IMG/VR virus record: IMGVR_UViG_3300027712_000046
Span: 1 to 52,263 of that record
DNA length: 52,263 bases
Strand: one strand, 5' to 3'
From: a virus
Taxonomy: Duplodnaviria; Caudoviricetes
The first letter of the stretch is position 1, and each line of letters begins with the position of its first letter. The translations under genes and the position numbers were made by a program. A model generated the notes under the pieces. It had not been told where the DNA came from, searched no databases, and saw only the letters and a program-made list of their open reading frames with translations. Below, one piece after another: positions 1 through 9,893 of this stretch.

Positions 1-233
1 TTAAATCTTTTCTCTTGTATTATTGTGACATCTTCGGTGATGTAATTTCCATATTCGAAATTTTTAAATATTGTGTATTCGTATGCCAAAGGATCTGTGC
101 CTTGACCAGCAAACCAATTATTGGGATTGATGATTAATTGTTTGTCATATTTTTTGGCATATGCATACCCAGCAGCTATTTGAAATAGTTGATTGCCTAC
201 ACCCCCGACAACATTTACATAACAATTAGACAT
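1..233 (-). CDS. Alpha-1,2-fucosyltransferase-like glycosyltransferase (GT11), 3' end outside window
   Basis: Manual translation from ATG 233: MSNCYVNVVGGVGNQLFQIAAGYAYAKKY..., containing the GT11 N-terminal GG(L/V)GNQLFQ motif. Not in the ORF track because it runs off the window edge. Confidence 0.8.
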   Translation of the reverse strand, partial: MSNCYVNVVGGVGNQLFQIAAGYAYAKKYDKQLIINPNNWFAGQGTDPLAYEYTIFKNFEYGNYITEDVTIIQEKRF

Positions 234-376
234 AATTTTTCAACTTCAACATCACATGTTTTACCGCCATCCACATATCCAAATATTTGTATTGTGCGAG
301 ACGACCCATGAATATTATATCTTGTTCTTTTTTTGCCATCTCTTCATATTTTTTATAAATTGAGTTGCACTTTCAT
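226..376 (-). pseudogene. glf: Remnant of UDP-galactopyranose mutase (C-terminal ~45 codons only)
   Basis: Manual translation gives NSIYKKYEEMAKKEQDIIFMGRLAQYKYLDMWMAV..., matching the Glf C-terminal GRL-x-x-Y-x-Y-x-DM motif. An in-frame TGA lies at 375-373; an out-of-frame ATG at 376 has a TAAATA box upstream. Confidence 0.65.
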
Positions 377-435
377 ATTTTAATATTTAAATATTATGTT
401 TTGTAATTTTATCGTTATGGGGGTTTTATGAAAAA

Positions 436-912
436 TTATCTAACCAAATTCAAGTATGATGGCTTGTTATTGTTTATCAATTCTTCAAAATCTGTGATTA
501 ACGCAGTTTTATCACGGGGCCAGAATTTTTCAATGTTGGTCAATGGTGCCATAATGTCCTTATCATCTCCTGCAAAATGAGTAAACCCATCATGCTCATA
601 ATCATTATCTCTTCCGCACCCAACCATCTTCACATTGCAGTTTTCATGATTTACGTAGTTTCGTATTATCTCAAACGGTCTATACAAAAGAAATGGAGTT
701 ATGCTGTAAACAAATGGTATTTTACCAGAATCTGCCAATCCAACTGCCATACCCAGCATCAATTGTTCAGATGCTCCTACTGTATATGCTCTATCTGGAT
801 ATTTTTCCAAAATATTATCAAATATCTTATATCCTAAATCACCAGTTAGGAAAAAAATATCTTTATTTTTTTCCATAGATTTTTCCAATAGTTCCGCAAA
901 TTTATATCTCAT
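436..912 (-). CDS. Transketolase-like protein, pyrimidine-binding subunit
   Basis: FLTGDLG, VGASEQLMLGMAVGLA, RPFEIIRN and GFTH motifs; lacks the third (C-terminal) transketolase domain. Confidence 0.85.
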   Translation of the reverse strand: MRYKFAELLEKSMEKNKDIFFLTGDLGYKIFDNILEKYPDRAYTVGASEQLMLGMAVGLADSGKIPFVYSITPFLLYRPFEIIRNYVNHENCNVKMVGCGRDNDYEHDGFTHFAGDDKDIMAPLTNIEKFWPRDKTALITDFEELINNNKPSYLNLVR

Positions 913-1549
913 ATTTCAAGTTTGTTAAAATTTCATTATCTGTTATTTTACAATAGTGGGCTTCAATTGATTTATCATTTAAAAACTTGAATTTTTTCAA
1001 TACATCAGAAGTATCTACAATTGTCACGTTTTTAATCTCAAATGCCTCTATACACTTGGATAATTTGGTGATGTTAATTTTATCATACGCGCTAAATCCA
1101 TTCGCGTTTACAAATATATGCAGGTTTGGAGATGGATTCTTACTCAGATAATACAACGATTCCCATATACTTCCTTCGCAACATTCACCATCTGAAATTA
1201 CACAATATACATCAATGTCTCTGTTTCCTATTGATGCGCCTATTGCAACAGGCAACCCCAATCCAAGACTACCTGTTGAGCAGAAAATGTTATCACTTTT
1301 ATTTTTTTCTGGATGAACTCCATATTTATCAAATAAGTTCTCAGCGTCATTATTTTCATAATGTTCCATACAAACATATTGTGATAGTCCTGCGTGTCCA
1401 TTTGAAAGAATTACCACATCATCAGCATTTTTACGTGCATAAATATCCGACAATATCGGCATTGTTGTTACACAACTGCTGATATGTGATAGATTTTTCT
1501 TGTAGATTATATCAATTAATCTGTTGTGTAATTTATTGTAAACGTTCAT
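902..1549 (-). CDS. Transketolase-like protein, N-terminal TPP-binding subunit
   Basis: SHISS, ILSNGHA, STGSLGLGL and the TPP motif SDGECCEGSIWE...N; start taken at ATG 1549. Confidence 0.85.
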   Translation of the reverse strand: MNVYNKLHNRLIDIIYKKNLSHISSCVTTMPILSDIYARKNADDVVILSNGHAGLSQYVCMEHYENNDAENLFDKYGVHPEKNKSDNIFCSTGSLGLGLPVAIGASIGNRDIDVYCVISDGECCEGSIWESLYYLSKNPSPNLHIFVNANGFSAYDKINITKLSKCIEAFEIKNVTIVDTSDVLKKFKFLNDKSIEAHYCKITDNEILTNLKYEI

Positions 1550-2285
1550 ACAGCCAATTTGCAATCTCAGGTTTGAATAATTGATTAAATTTTGGTTTAT
1601 TACTACCTTTTGCTACGTGATAGCATTTTAATGGTATATCATTAATGCACACTATATCATTAACAATTTCACACATATGCTCTTTGTTTAAAGATGAACA
1701 TCCATAAAAACCTCTTCTGGTGGAATCATCACAATGATAAGCACCATCTAATACTTTATATTTGAAATTTCCAAATTCTATAACCATGTTTAATACATCA
1801 TTATCACGGCAAGTCATATGCCTAGCATGTTTTATAGATGCCGCTTCGTAAGTGTCCCAAAAGTTTTTACTTGTAGACGCTACAATACCAGCGTGTCTGT
1901 AATTTTCCGTAGGAATTATTTGATACATATTATTTAAATACGTTCTTATAGTTATATGATCTACATTTTCATACAAATTGTGACTCGATGGACTTGCGAC
2001 ATCATAATCACCTTTTAAAATTTCATCAAGTCGTCCAAATATAAAATGATCTGAGTCTATGTTCACAACCAAATCATAATCATTATAAAATAATTTAGCA
2101 GCAGATGCTTTGATATTGTACATATCAATATTTGAATTTGCACTTTTTAATTTAGAAATTTCATCATCTCTCAAAGTAAAAAGAGGTATTTCGGGATGAA
2201 AATATTTAAAACTTTTTTCAAATAATTCATATTCAATAGTAGAACTATATCCACTTTCTAGTAAAGTAAAAAAACAAGTTTTCAT
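1533..2285 (-). CDS. GT-A fold glycosyltransferase (GT8-like / nucleotide-diphospho-sugar transferase)
   Basis: VVNIDSD (DxD), HAGIV and DNDVLN motifs, late His (CYHVA); lies in a sugar cluster. Confidence 0.6.
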   Translation of the reverse strand: MKTCFFTLLESGYSSTIEYELFEKSFKYFHPEIPLFTLRDDEISKLKSANSNIDMYNIKASAAKLFYNDYDLVVNIDSDHFIFGRLDEILKGDYDVASPSSHNLYENVDHITIRTYLNNMYQIIPTENYRHAGIVASTSKNFWDTYEAASIKHARHMTCRDNDVLNMVIEFGNFKYKVLDGAYHCDDSTRRGFYGCSSLNKEHMCEIVNDIVCINDIPLKCYHVAKGSNKPKFNQLFKPEIANWLYERLQ

Positions 2286-2286
2286 A

Positions 2287-2937
2287 TTATTTTTTTTGCA
2301 AAACAACCAAATAACTTTGCGGAACTTCTTCTACTACATCAAACAAATTTTCTGATACCATTTGCTGGTAATATTCATAATTACCATGGATATGCCCATG
2401 GGGGATCATATCATGTAGACATAGATATCCACCCTTTGCTATTTTATTTTTTAGCAAATTCCATCCAACCCATTGAGATATTGGAAAATCTAAATCTATC
2501 AATGCATAGTGAATATCTCCTTCTATGAATGATATGTCAGTATCTTCTGTTATAAGACCCTTTACTAGAACTACGTTATCTAATTGTTGGCTGTCTAAAT
2601 TTTCACGGATATATTCATATTTAAATTTTTCAGTTCCGTAATTTGGATCATTATACCAAGGGTCCATACAATATGTAGCGTGAGCTTCTTTATCTGGGGT
2701 AGTTACTTCCATTGTATATTTACAACTTTTTGCAATTTCTTTTGGATGCCCCTCGAAAGTGTCAAATCCCCATATGGTTCCTCTATTTTTCCAACTTTTA
2801 CCTATTCGCTCTATGCCTCCCCCATATGCGATTCCCATTTCAACCCCATTTAAATTTTCAGAAAATTTAGATTTGCATATTTCTGAATATTTAAATGTTA
2901 TATCAGAAGCTCCATTTGTATCATTTAGTTGGTTCAT
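2287..2937 (-). CDS. TylF/MycF-type sugar O-methyltransferase
   Basis: VEMGIAYGG, WGFDTFEG, LVKG, IDLD and GGYLCLHD motifs. Confidence 0.75.
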   Translation of the reverse strand: MNQLNDTNGASDITFKYSEICKSKFSENLNGVEMGIAYGGGIERIGKSWKNRGTIWGFDTFEGHPKEIAKSCKYTMEVTTPDKEAHATYCMDPWYNDPNYGTEKFKYEYIRENLDSQQLDNVVLVKGLITEDTDISFIEGDIHYALIDLDFPISQWVGWNLLKNKIAKGGYLCLHDMIPHGHIHGNYEYYQQMVSENLFDVVEEVPQSYLVVLQKK

Positions 2938-2940
2938 AAA

Positions 2941-3621
2941 TTATTTGTATGCTAACACATTAAGATTATTATTAAGAAATTCACTGTTTATAAATTTAAT
3001 TTTATATCCCATTGATGAAAATTTATTAACTATGTCAGTTGGATTCACAAACGGTGGGTGTATTTCAATGTAAATGTTTTTGCAAAATGGAGCAACTTCA
3101 TCAAATGTCGGGTCTTCTAATATCGAAAATTGCTCACCGCCTTCAATATCAATCTTCAAAAGATCAATAATTGGTTCATTTAAACTTTTTATAAAATCAA
3201 TAATAGTTTGGCATTTAACTGTATTACCACCACGTTCAATTCGGTTTTGTGTGGTATTACTCTCATCCACAATGAAACTACACTCCCCGTTGTAATTATT
3301 GAACGCTAATTCACAAAATTCAATATTATCGATTTTCAATTTTTCAGACAAGCTTCTCAAAATATTTAAATGCTTTGCAGTAGGTTCGACTGCATAAATT
3401 TTCTTACATGCCTTGAATAAATGTAGAGCGAACAGTCCAATATTTGCACCCCCATCGATGACAACGGCGTCATTATTATTAAATATTTTTTTGAAATCTG
3501 GATCATTGTAATGTCCATTGTTTATCTCCTTCTCGATAATATGTTTCGTAAAGGAATTACCTGTGTGGTAATATTCCATGAATTCGTCATAAGGAGAAAG
3601 CTCCACGGGCGTCGAATTCAT
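2941..3621 (-). CDS. FkbM-family SAM-dependent methyltransferase
   Basis: VIDGGANIGLF, YAVEP, IDLLKIDIEGGE and IEIH motifs; start uncertain (3621 or 3642). Confidence 0.85.
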   Translation of the reverse strand: MNSTPVELSPYDEFMEYYHTGNSFTKHIIEKEINNGHYNDPDFKKIFNNNDAVVIDGGANIGLFALHLFKACKKIYAVEPTAKHLNILRSLSEKLKIDNIEFCELAFNNYNGECSFIVDESNTTQNRIERGGNTVKCQTIIDFIKSLNEPIIDLLKIDIEGGEQFSILEDPTFDEVAPFCKNIYIEIHPPFVNPTDIVNKFSSMGYKIKFINSEFLNNNLNVLAYK

Positions 3622-3626
3622 TGTGT

Positions 3627-4454
3627 TTAATGTTGTTGACATATGTTCCATAATTTATACTGATTAAGCCCAAAGTCAAGATCGTATTTTGGAATAAAAT
3701 TGTAGAATTCTTTCATTTTTGTTGTATCGCATATCCAAACATCAGAGTCACATTGTTTTTTGTAATCTACATATTCTATTTCTGGAATAGTTACAGGATT
3801 TATAATTTTTATCATAAGATCCAAAACATCTCTATTTGAATATGATTTTCCAGTTCCCACGTTATAAATTTCTCCATAGTTTGGATCGCTGTTTATTATT
3901 AGATTGATAAAAGATACAAAATCTTCAATATGGATAAAATCATGATTTCCTTGTATCAATCTTATAGGAATATTATTAGTTAGATTGTTGTATAGTGTGG
4001 GTATCAATCGGCTACTTGGTTCATTAGGACCATACACACTAAATGGACGGATTATTGAAATGTCTTTATTGTATTTCGTGGCTATTTCGTGACATCGCAT
4101 AGTTCCTATCAATTTAGTCATTGCATAATAAGAACATGGTATACATTCATCATTCTCATTCATAGGTTTGTCACTTTTGCCATATTCGGATGATGATCCA
4201 AAATATAACAATTTAACATCATTGCGTATCACCCAAGATAATATGGTATCAGTAAGTTTAATATTGCTATTAAACATTTTTGTTTCGTCGTATATCTCAG
4301 CTGCGCTATGAATTATAATATTTGGTTTAAATTGATTTAAACACTCTATGATATTATCACCTCTTTTATACAAGAAAAAAGAATAGCTCTTTGATAAATT
4401 CTGAACTATACTTTTTCCTAAAAATCCACTAGATCCTGTTATAAAAATTTTCAT
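3627..4454 (-). CDS. NAD-dependent nucleotide-sugar epimerase/dehydratase (extended SDR)
   Basis: GSSGFLG Rossmann motif, GSSSEYG, YAMTK (YxxxK), RPFSVYGP and DFIHIED. Confidence 0.9.
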   Translation of the reverse strand: MKIFITGSSGFLGKSIVQNLSKSYSFFLYKRGDNIIECLNQFKPNIIIHSAAEIYDETKMFNSNIKLTDTILSWVIRNDVKLLYFGSSSEYGKSDKPMNENDECIPCSYYAMTKLIGTMRCHEIATKYNKDISIIRPFSVYGPNEPSSRLIPTLYNNLTNNIPIRLIQGNHDFIHIEDFVSFINLIINSDPNYGEIYNVGTGKSYSNRDVLDLMIKIINPVTIPEIEYVDYKKQCDSDVWICDTTKMKEFYNFIPKYDLDFGLNQYKLWNICQQH

Positions 4455-5272
4455 AAATTATTGCATTTATCTATCATAAATTGCACACTTTTCAAATCGT
4501 TATTTTGTTGATCTAAGCAATTTTGCAACACTAGATTTTTTGTATTATTGGCCCATTCTAATTCATTTAATCCAAAGGCTATTCCATATCTATTAAATGG
4601 GAAGTGATCTTTCCATTTAATAGATGATAAATCTGTATTTGGAATGACAACTACAGTGCATCCACATAATGCAGCTAAAGTCACCCAAAAACATTCATTA
4701 TCATAACAATAAAATGTCTCACATCGGTTCAATAATTCAGCAGCGGCGTCCCAATTATTTTCATAATGAGCTAAATTAATAGCATTATTTGAATGATATT
4801 GATTAGCAATACCGCCCTTTTTAACTAAGAAACACTCTGAAATATCCCGAGTTTGATTAGTATTTTTGAATATGTCATAATCTATAAAAGAACATCTCAT
4901 ATGACCATCTATTTCCCCGTCATAATGAAAAAAAGAAGAATATTTAAAAATTAAATCGTTATCTTTTTTATTTTGGTAAAATCCATCACCGACACCTGCA
5001 CACTTTCCCGGTGTGTTTAATATCCAACGAACTACGTGATTTGCATTGATTGGATTTCCATGCACAATTTCTGGATATATTATAACGCAATCTTCGATAG
5101 CTATTGCATTTTCTCCCAGAAACGGAGAGTTTAATTTATAGTGAGTTGCTTTTGATGTGATGTATGCTGTCTTACCAAGTGATCTTATATCATGGCATAA
5201 TTTGTGCATTGCCACTTGACCGCCACTACTCGGATCAAATGAATTCATATAAATTAAGAATGTCTTTTCCAT
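4451..5272 (-). CDS. Putative glycosyltransferase (GT-B-like, WavQ-like)
   Basis: SSGGQVAMHKLCH, IIYPEIVHGNP, VVRWIL and LAALCGC motifs; sugar-cluster context. Confidence 0.55.
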   Translation of the reverse strand: MEKTFLIYMNSFDPSSGGQVAMHKLCHDIRSLGKTAYITSKATHYKLNSPFLGENAIAIEDCVIIYPEIVHGNPINANHVVRWILNTPGKCAGVGDGFYQNKKDNDLIFKYSSFFHYDGEIDGHMRCSFIDYDIFKNTNQTRDISECFLVKKGGIANQYHSNNAINLAHYENNWDAAAELLNRCETFYCYDNECFWVTLAALCGCTVVVIPNTDLSSIKWKDHFPFNRYGIAFGLNELEWANNTKNLVLQNCLDQQNNDLKSVQFMIDKCNNL

Positions 5273-5934
5273 TTATTATAAAATTTTTCTGATTGTCCGT
5301 AGGTTGCGTCATGTCGGTCTTCTAATAAATCGTGCGATGCGTTTGTCATGTGATACACTTTACTATCGCATATCAATGCATGTTTGATATTATTACATTC
5401 CAACGACATCGCATAGTCGTTATCCTGATACCAAAATTCAAATTGTTCATCAAATAATTTACATGTATCCATCAAACTACGATGCATTAAAATACACCAA
5501 CCGCAAACTTGATTAGATACTGTATAACCATAGATTATACCTTCTTGTGGTATGGTGGTATGTAGATGCCAATTAGGTGATATTGGAGATGCTGATAAAA
5601 TTTCTGGATTTTTTAAAAGTGCATCCTTCATACTCTTTAACCAAGATTTGGTAAAAAATAAATCATTGTTGCAAATTAATATCCAATCAGCTTTTGATTG
5701 AGCAATGCCAATATTTAAAAATCTATTATAATTGAATTTTTCTTCTGGATGTATGACAGAGCAATCATGATACATAAATCCTAATTGTTTGAAATCTAAT
5801 TCATTTACAGATTCAACTACAATAACATTTCCAGACCATTCTTCCGAATTTTTCAAACTGTTGATAGTTCTACATGTCAATCCGTATCGTTCAAGATCAA
5901 CTGCTTTACTTAAAATTATTGAGTCTATAATCAT
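5254..5934 (-). CDS. GT2-family glycosyltransferase
   Basis: FNYNRFLNIG, ILICNNDL, GWCILM and LFDEQFEFWYQDND motifs. Confidence 0.8.
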   Translation of the reverse strand: MIIDSIILSKAVDLERYGLTCRTINSLKNSEEWSGNVIVVESVNELDFKQLGFMYHDCSVIHPEEKFNYNRFLNIGIAQSKADWILICNNDLFFTKSWLKSMKDALLKNPEILSASPISPNWHLHTTIPQEGIIYGYTVSNQVCGWCILMHRSLMDTCKLFDEQFEFWYQDNDYAMSLECNNIKHALICDSKVYHMTNASHDLLEDRHDATYGQSEKFYNKWKRHS

Positions 5935-6650
5935 ACTATAGTATTTTTTAAAAATAAAGTGTCTTTAATATATTCAGATTCTATCATCAACCCATATTGA
6001 TATAATGAATTATTATTATGAGTTCCTCCGAAATCAATATCGGTATCTGCTGCCGAAGGATCGAATTTTTTAGTTCTCCATGACATACCTTCGTAATGTT
6101 TGAAATATTTATTTTCTAAATTTGCATTAGCAATAAGCAAATTTGAATTTATCACATCCTCAAACATTGTAGATCCTATATCATAAATTCGGTCTTCTGA
6201 TCTGCTTTGCTTAGTTCTTATAGGATCAAAAAATTTAATGTTGTTTTCTTTTAAATGTTTCAAATTTATAAAACAAAACCATGGATCAACTCTAGGATAC
6301 AATTGCTTGCCTCCTCTATCACCAGATACATTTCCCAACAATGTGAAATTTCCGCTTTTGAACTTTTCGTAGATAGGTGCGATATCTTGATACAAAATCA
6401 CATCGGAATCTATCAGCAAAACATGCTCGGTTTCGATAAGTTCGAACCCTTTATTTACACCATTGCCGTGTGACGTATTCTCCATAACGTGATACGTCGC
6501 CCCTTCCACCACATCCGATATATCCGTAGGTGTTCCTGTATCCATTACGAGAATTTCAGGCATTTTAGAGCAATGCAACCGCACCGATTTTAACAAATTT
6601 TGAATTAAAATCGGCGTATTGTAATTACATGTGAGTAATGTCAGATTCAT
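5931..6650 (-). CDS. GT2-like glycosyltransferase
   Basis: TCNYNT, ILVMDT, SHGNGVN and LLIDSD (DxD) motifs. Confidence 0.75.
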   Translation of the reverse strand: MNLTLLTCNYNTPILIQNLLKSVRLHCSKMPEILVMDTGTPTDISDVVEGATYHVMENTSHGNGVNKGFELIETEHVLLIDSDVILYQDIAPIYEKFKSGNFTLLGNVSGDRGGKQLYPRVDPWFCFINLKHLKENNIKFFDPIRTKQSRSEDRIYDIGSTMFEDVINSNLLIANANLENKYFKHYEGMSWRTKKFDPSAADTDIDFGGTHNNNSLYQYGLMIESEYIKDTLFLKNTIV

Positions 6651-6652
6651 AA

Positions 6653-7456
6653 TCAACTACCGTAAGTCACTTTGATTTCTCTTAATTTTTGCATGATATC
6701 ATATTCATTGCTCGTCGGTATTTGACCGGGGTAGCAATTATGTTTTGATACAAATACGGCGTCAGCTTTTGATATTATCTCAGAATGATTTGGCTTTGAT
6801 GAAATTGCAGATTGCTGCAAGCTCCATTGTTCATCACCTAGATATTCCCATGAATTTTCAATATCTGCAAAATTCCAAAACGGAGGATGCATTCCCAATT
6901 TAATGATTTCATATGTATGATCCACATGCTCGCATGCGTTGTAGTATCGTTCATCCAAGAATCCGGCGTGATTGATGCATTGCCTTGTATAGAAGGAAAA
7001 TGCACCAACGCAATGTGGATACAATGGAAGTTTCATAGTTCCATATTCCACTATATATGTTGGATTTGGTTGATTAGTTCCATCAAATGTCTTATTCATC
7101 AATCCATGTTGAGAATAATTGAAATGTTGAATGCCCGTGTATTTGGAAGCTTCGATGTATTTTTGAAAGACTTCTGGATTTTTAATATAGATATCATCTT
7201 CAATCAAGAAGAAGTAGTCACACCCTTTATCAAACAAAAATTTCAAAGCGTCGTTTTTACTTTTACCAACGCCTTGATAAGGTTCGTCATGTGATATCAG
7301 ATTGGTGATATCTGACAAATGATCCTTAAATGCTCCGTCATTGACCACTACAAGCTCAGTTTCCGCATCAGGAGGAATTGAGCCATAGCACTTTTCAAAC
7401 GACTCGATACGGTCGCAAGTCAAAATTCCAATTCCTATGGATTTTTTATCATTCAT
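6653..7456 (-). CDS. GT2-like glycosyltransferase
   Basis: IGILTCDR, VVVNDG, GVGKSKN, FLIEDD and LDERY..CEHVD motifs; start MNDKK at 7456. Confidence 0.8.
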   Translation of the reverse strand: MNDKKSIGIGILTCDRIESFEKCYGSIPPDAETELVVVNDGAFKDHLSDITNLISHDEPYQGVGKSKNDALKFLFDKGCDYFFLIEDDIYIKNPEVFQKYIEASKYTGIQHFNYSQHGLMNKTFDGTNQPNPTYIVEYGTMKLPLYPHCVGAFSFYTRQCINHAGFLDERYYNACEHVDHTYEIIKLGMHPPFWNFADIENSWEYLGDEQWSLQQSAISSKPNHSEIISKADAVFVSKHNCYPGQIPTSNEYDIMQKLREIKVTYGS

Positions 7457-7520
7457 AAAAGTAATTAAACATGTATTACAAAAGTCAAGTCTATTGTGTG
7501 TCACTACACTAAATAATTTT

Positions 7521-8435
7521 ATGTCAAATAATCATATTATAGCTCAATTATATAAAATAACGTGTGATGTTAATTGTTGGGTTTATTGGGGTATGGTATA
7601 TGCTGCCAATAAAACCTATCTGGACCGATTTGAAGAACATAAAATAGGCAAGGGTGGTAAACACCTATATAAGGGAATTTTGGAATATGGAGAATCTGAA
7701 TTTCGTGTTGAGTTGGTAGAAACTGGCGATTTTGAATATATTTCAAAACGAGAGGAATTAGAATCAAAACACACTTTGTATGCGCATGGGAGCGGTTGGA
7801 ATGGCAATTCTGGGCATTCTATTTTCAACACGCCTGAAACTATTAAAATTATAAACTCCAAACGACAATTGAAAGAAGTTGAACGAATTGCAAAATTTAA
7901 AGAATCATATGGTCAGTTAGATCAACAGAAAATTCAAGAAAAAAGAAGTAATACAATTGCTAATAAATCAGTATCTGAAATACATAAATGGCGAAAATCT
8001 ATACCAAATTCTTGGAGGGGCGATACTAAAAAAACTAACAAAAAATTACGTAAACAATCAAATTCTCTTAAAAAGACATGGGAAAATCCCACTGATGCTA
8101 TGATAGAAGGTATTAGGAAGAGCGCCAACTGGAAAATTGGAAAAAATAAAGATAATTGGGACGTTATGCGAAAACATTCTGAGAAAATGAAAATAAAAGT
8201 TAAAGGAAAAAATAATCCAATGTTTAAGCATTTTTATATTACTCCACTGGGCAAGTTTGAAACTTATCAAGAAGCTAGTAACGCTCACGGCGCTATAAAA
8301 AAATCAAGTATTCAAAGGCTTTGCAAAAATCCAGATAAAATTATAACTAAAACCATAGCAAAATTTTCTAATTTAGATTTTTCTTTTATAAATAAAACCG
8401 CCAAAGAAGCTGGGTTTGGGTTGGAATTTATCTAA
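7521..8435 (+). CDS. Free-standing GIY-YIG (Seg-like) homing endonuclease
   Basis: LYKI...VYWG, conserved R..EH, REELE and GWN, followed by a long basic NUMOD-like tail. Opposite strand to both neighbours. TAAATA box 5 nt before ATG 7521. Confidence 0.75.
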   Translation: MSNNHIIAQLYKITCDVNCWVYWGMVYAANKTYLDRFEEHKIGKGGKHLYKGILEYGESEFRVELVETGDFEYISKREELESKHTLYAHGSGWNGNSGHSIFNTPETIKIINSKRQLKEVERIAKFKESYGQLDQQKIQEKRSNTIANKSVSEIHKWRKSIPNSWRGDTKKTNKKLRKQSNSLKKTWENPTDAMIEGIRKSANWKIGKNKDNWDVMRKHSEKMKIKVKGKNNPMFKHFYITPLGKFETYQEASNAHGAIKKSSIQRLCKNPDKIITKTIAKFSNLDFSFINKTAKEAGFGLEFI

Positions 8436-8449
8436 TATTCCAACCCAAA
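8415..8449. terminator. 13-bp inverted repeat between convergent genes
   Basis: tttgggttggaat-N9-attccaacccaaa spanning the endonuclease stop codon. Confidence 0.6.
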
Positions 8450-8456
8450 TTTCATT

Positions 8457-9200
8457 TTATCGATTGTTGGACTTTCCATTTTTGATATCGTTGGTTAGTT
8501 TAATAATAGTTTCATCGTCTTTTTGTGCCTTTTCTTGTTCTTTGAGCATTTGCTCAAGCACTTGAAGATTTTCTTCGCTAAAAAAGTTTTCATCAGGTTC
8601 GATGAGTTCTCCTTTATCATCAATGAAATTGGAAATGAAACTGATTCTATCGTCAATAGTCTTGCCATGAATCTCAATAATGGCTGGACAATCCTCCTTT
8701 GGATAAAAAATATCGGTTTCAAGATCTTCGGCATATTGTTCATACAATTGAGCAAATACATCATCAACTTCCAAGATATGATCCTTACTGACATCACGAA
8801 GACCATCATCAACAATTGTGATATCTTCGTCATGACGAAGCCAGAATATGATATCAATATTCTTAAGACTTTCTCTCACCAGAGAAATAGAAGCTGCTGT
8901 GACTTCATTGTTGATCTTGTTATTGGCATTTCCAACCAATGTGTAGGCCAAGTTGTCCCAAGAGCATCTATCGAAGATGATATTGTCTTCTTTCTTGAAT
9001 TTCTCTTGAGTTGTCATCATCCAATCAAGAATCAACAATTGTGTTTCTTCTGTAGTTTTAGAAGAATGTTCAAGATTATTTTCTGTGATCACATCGCGAT
9101 ATGTCTTCAGCGGTGTACCATACATAGGCCATCGCTGAAGAAACGCTTTGAGCAAAGTTGACTTTCCCACACATGCAGTTCCTGATATAGCTAATCTCAT
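8457..9200 (-). CDS. P-loop nucleotide kinase-like protein (AAA_28 / thymidylate-kinase-like)
   Basis: MRLAISGTACVGKST Walker A; IIFDRC..D.LAY motif; DDGLR lid. Confidence 0.7.
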   Translation of the reverse strand: MRLAISGTACVGKSTLLKAFLQRWPMYGTPLKTYRDVITENNLEHSSKTTEETQLLILDWMMTTQEKFKKEDNIIFDRCSWDNLAYTLVGNANNKINNEVTAASISLVRESLKNIDIIFWLRHDEDITIVDDGLRDVSKDHILEVDDVFAQLYEQYAEDLETDIFYPKEDCPAIIEIHGKTIDDRISFISNFIDDKGELIEPDENFFSEENLQVLEQMLKEQEKAQKDDETIIKLTNDIKNGKSNNR

Positions 9201-9221
9201 ATAGAGATAATTTAACACACA

Positions 9222-9887
9222 TCAAACGTTTTTCAAGAACAAATCCCATTCTTCTAAGAAATCAACAAAAACAAATCCATTTTTAGGCTTTGTAGGCGAT
9301 TTATTGAGTCTCAGTTTTTTGCTTTGAGTTGCTACCCAATCTTTTAAGTCGTCGTCTTTTGGATTGAATTTAGACAAATCACATTCTTCTGGTCGTCTGT
9401 CACTCTTCCAGATATTAAGCTCTCTGTGGCAGCAAACTTGGTTTTCCCAAGTGTTGGCGTTGCCAGTATGCTTTGATCTAGGAATAATGTGGTCAATGGT
9501 AGAAGTTTCCTTTGTAAGCTTTATACCAGAGTAGCAACAGGTATTGTTGTCTCTCTTGATGATATTCATCTTTGTTGGAAAATACACCTGCTTATGAGGT
9601 ATTCTGTCATAAGATGCACACACAACCACACTAGGAACTCTAACTTTACCTCTTGTAGTCAGTATGAAGTCATCGTATTCTCGCACAGGAAGATTCAACC
9701 AGTCCTTACTTCCCTTTATAACGTTGAAATAGTCAACATTGTCTGTTTTATTGTTATCTTCATCAAATTCATAAGTGATGTCCAATGGATACACCACTTC
9801 TGAGAAGATGTTGCCGAAAGTCTTTTTTTCATCGCAAACGCCAACAGGAAAATAATACCTGTTCAAAACTAGAATTCGCTGATTCAT
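9222..9887 (-). CDS. HNH endonuclease (McrA/HNH_5-like)
   Basis: ILVLN..Y.P N-terminus; KRDNNTCCYSG...TIDHIIPRSK...NTWENQVCCHRELNIWK. Confidence 0.85.
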   Translation of the reverse strand: MNQRILVLNRYYFPVGVCDEKKTFGNIFSEVVYPLDITYEFDEDNNKTDNVDYFNVIKGSKDWLNLPVREYDDFILTTRGKVRVPSVVVCASYDRIPHKQVYFPTKMNIIKRDNNTCCYSGIKLTKETSTIDHIIPRSKHTGNANTWENQVCCHRELNIWKSDRRPEECDLSKFNPKDDDLKDWVATQSKKLRLNKSPTKPKNGFVFVDFLEEWDLFLKNV

Positions 9888-9893
9888 GTATCG

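Noticed and set aside
436-1549. Transketolase as a frameshifted pseudogene or central-metabolism gene
   Set aside because: Two-gene transketolase-like pairs are normal in sugar clusters; both ORFs have their own starts and intact motifs.
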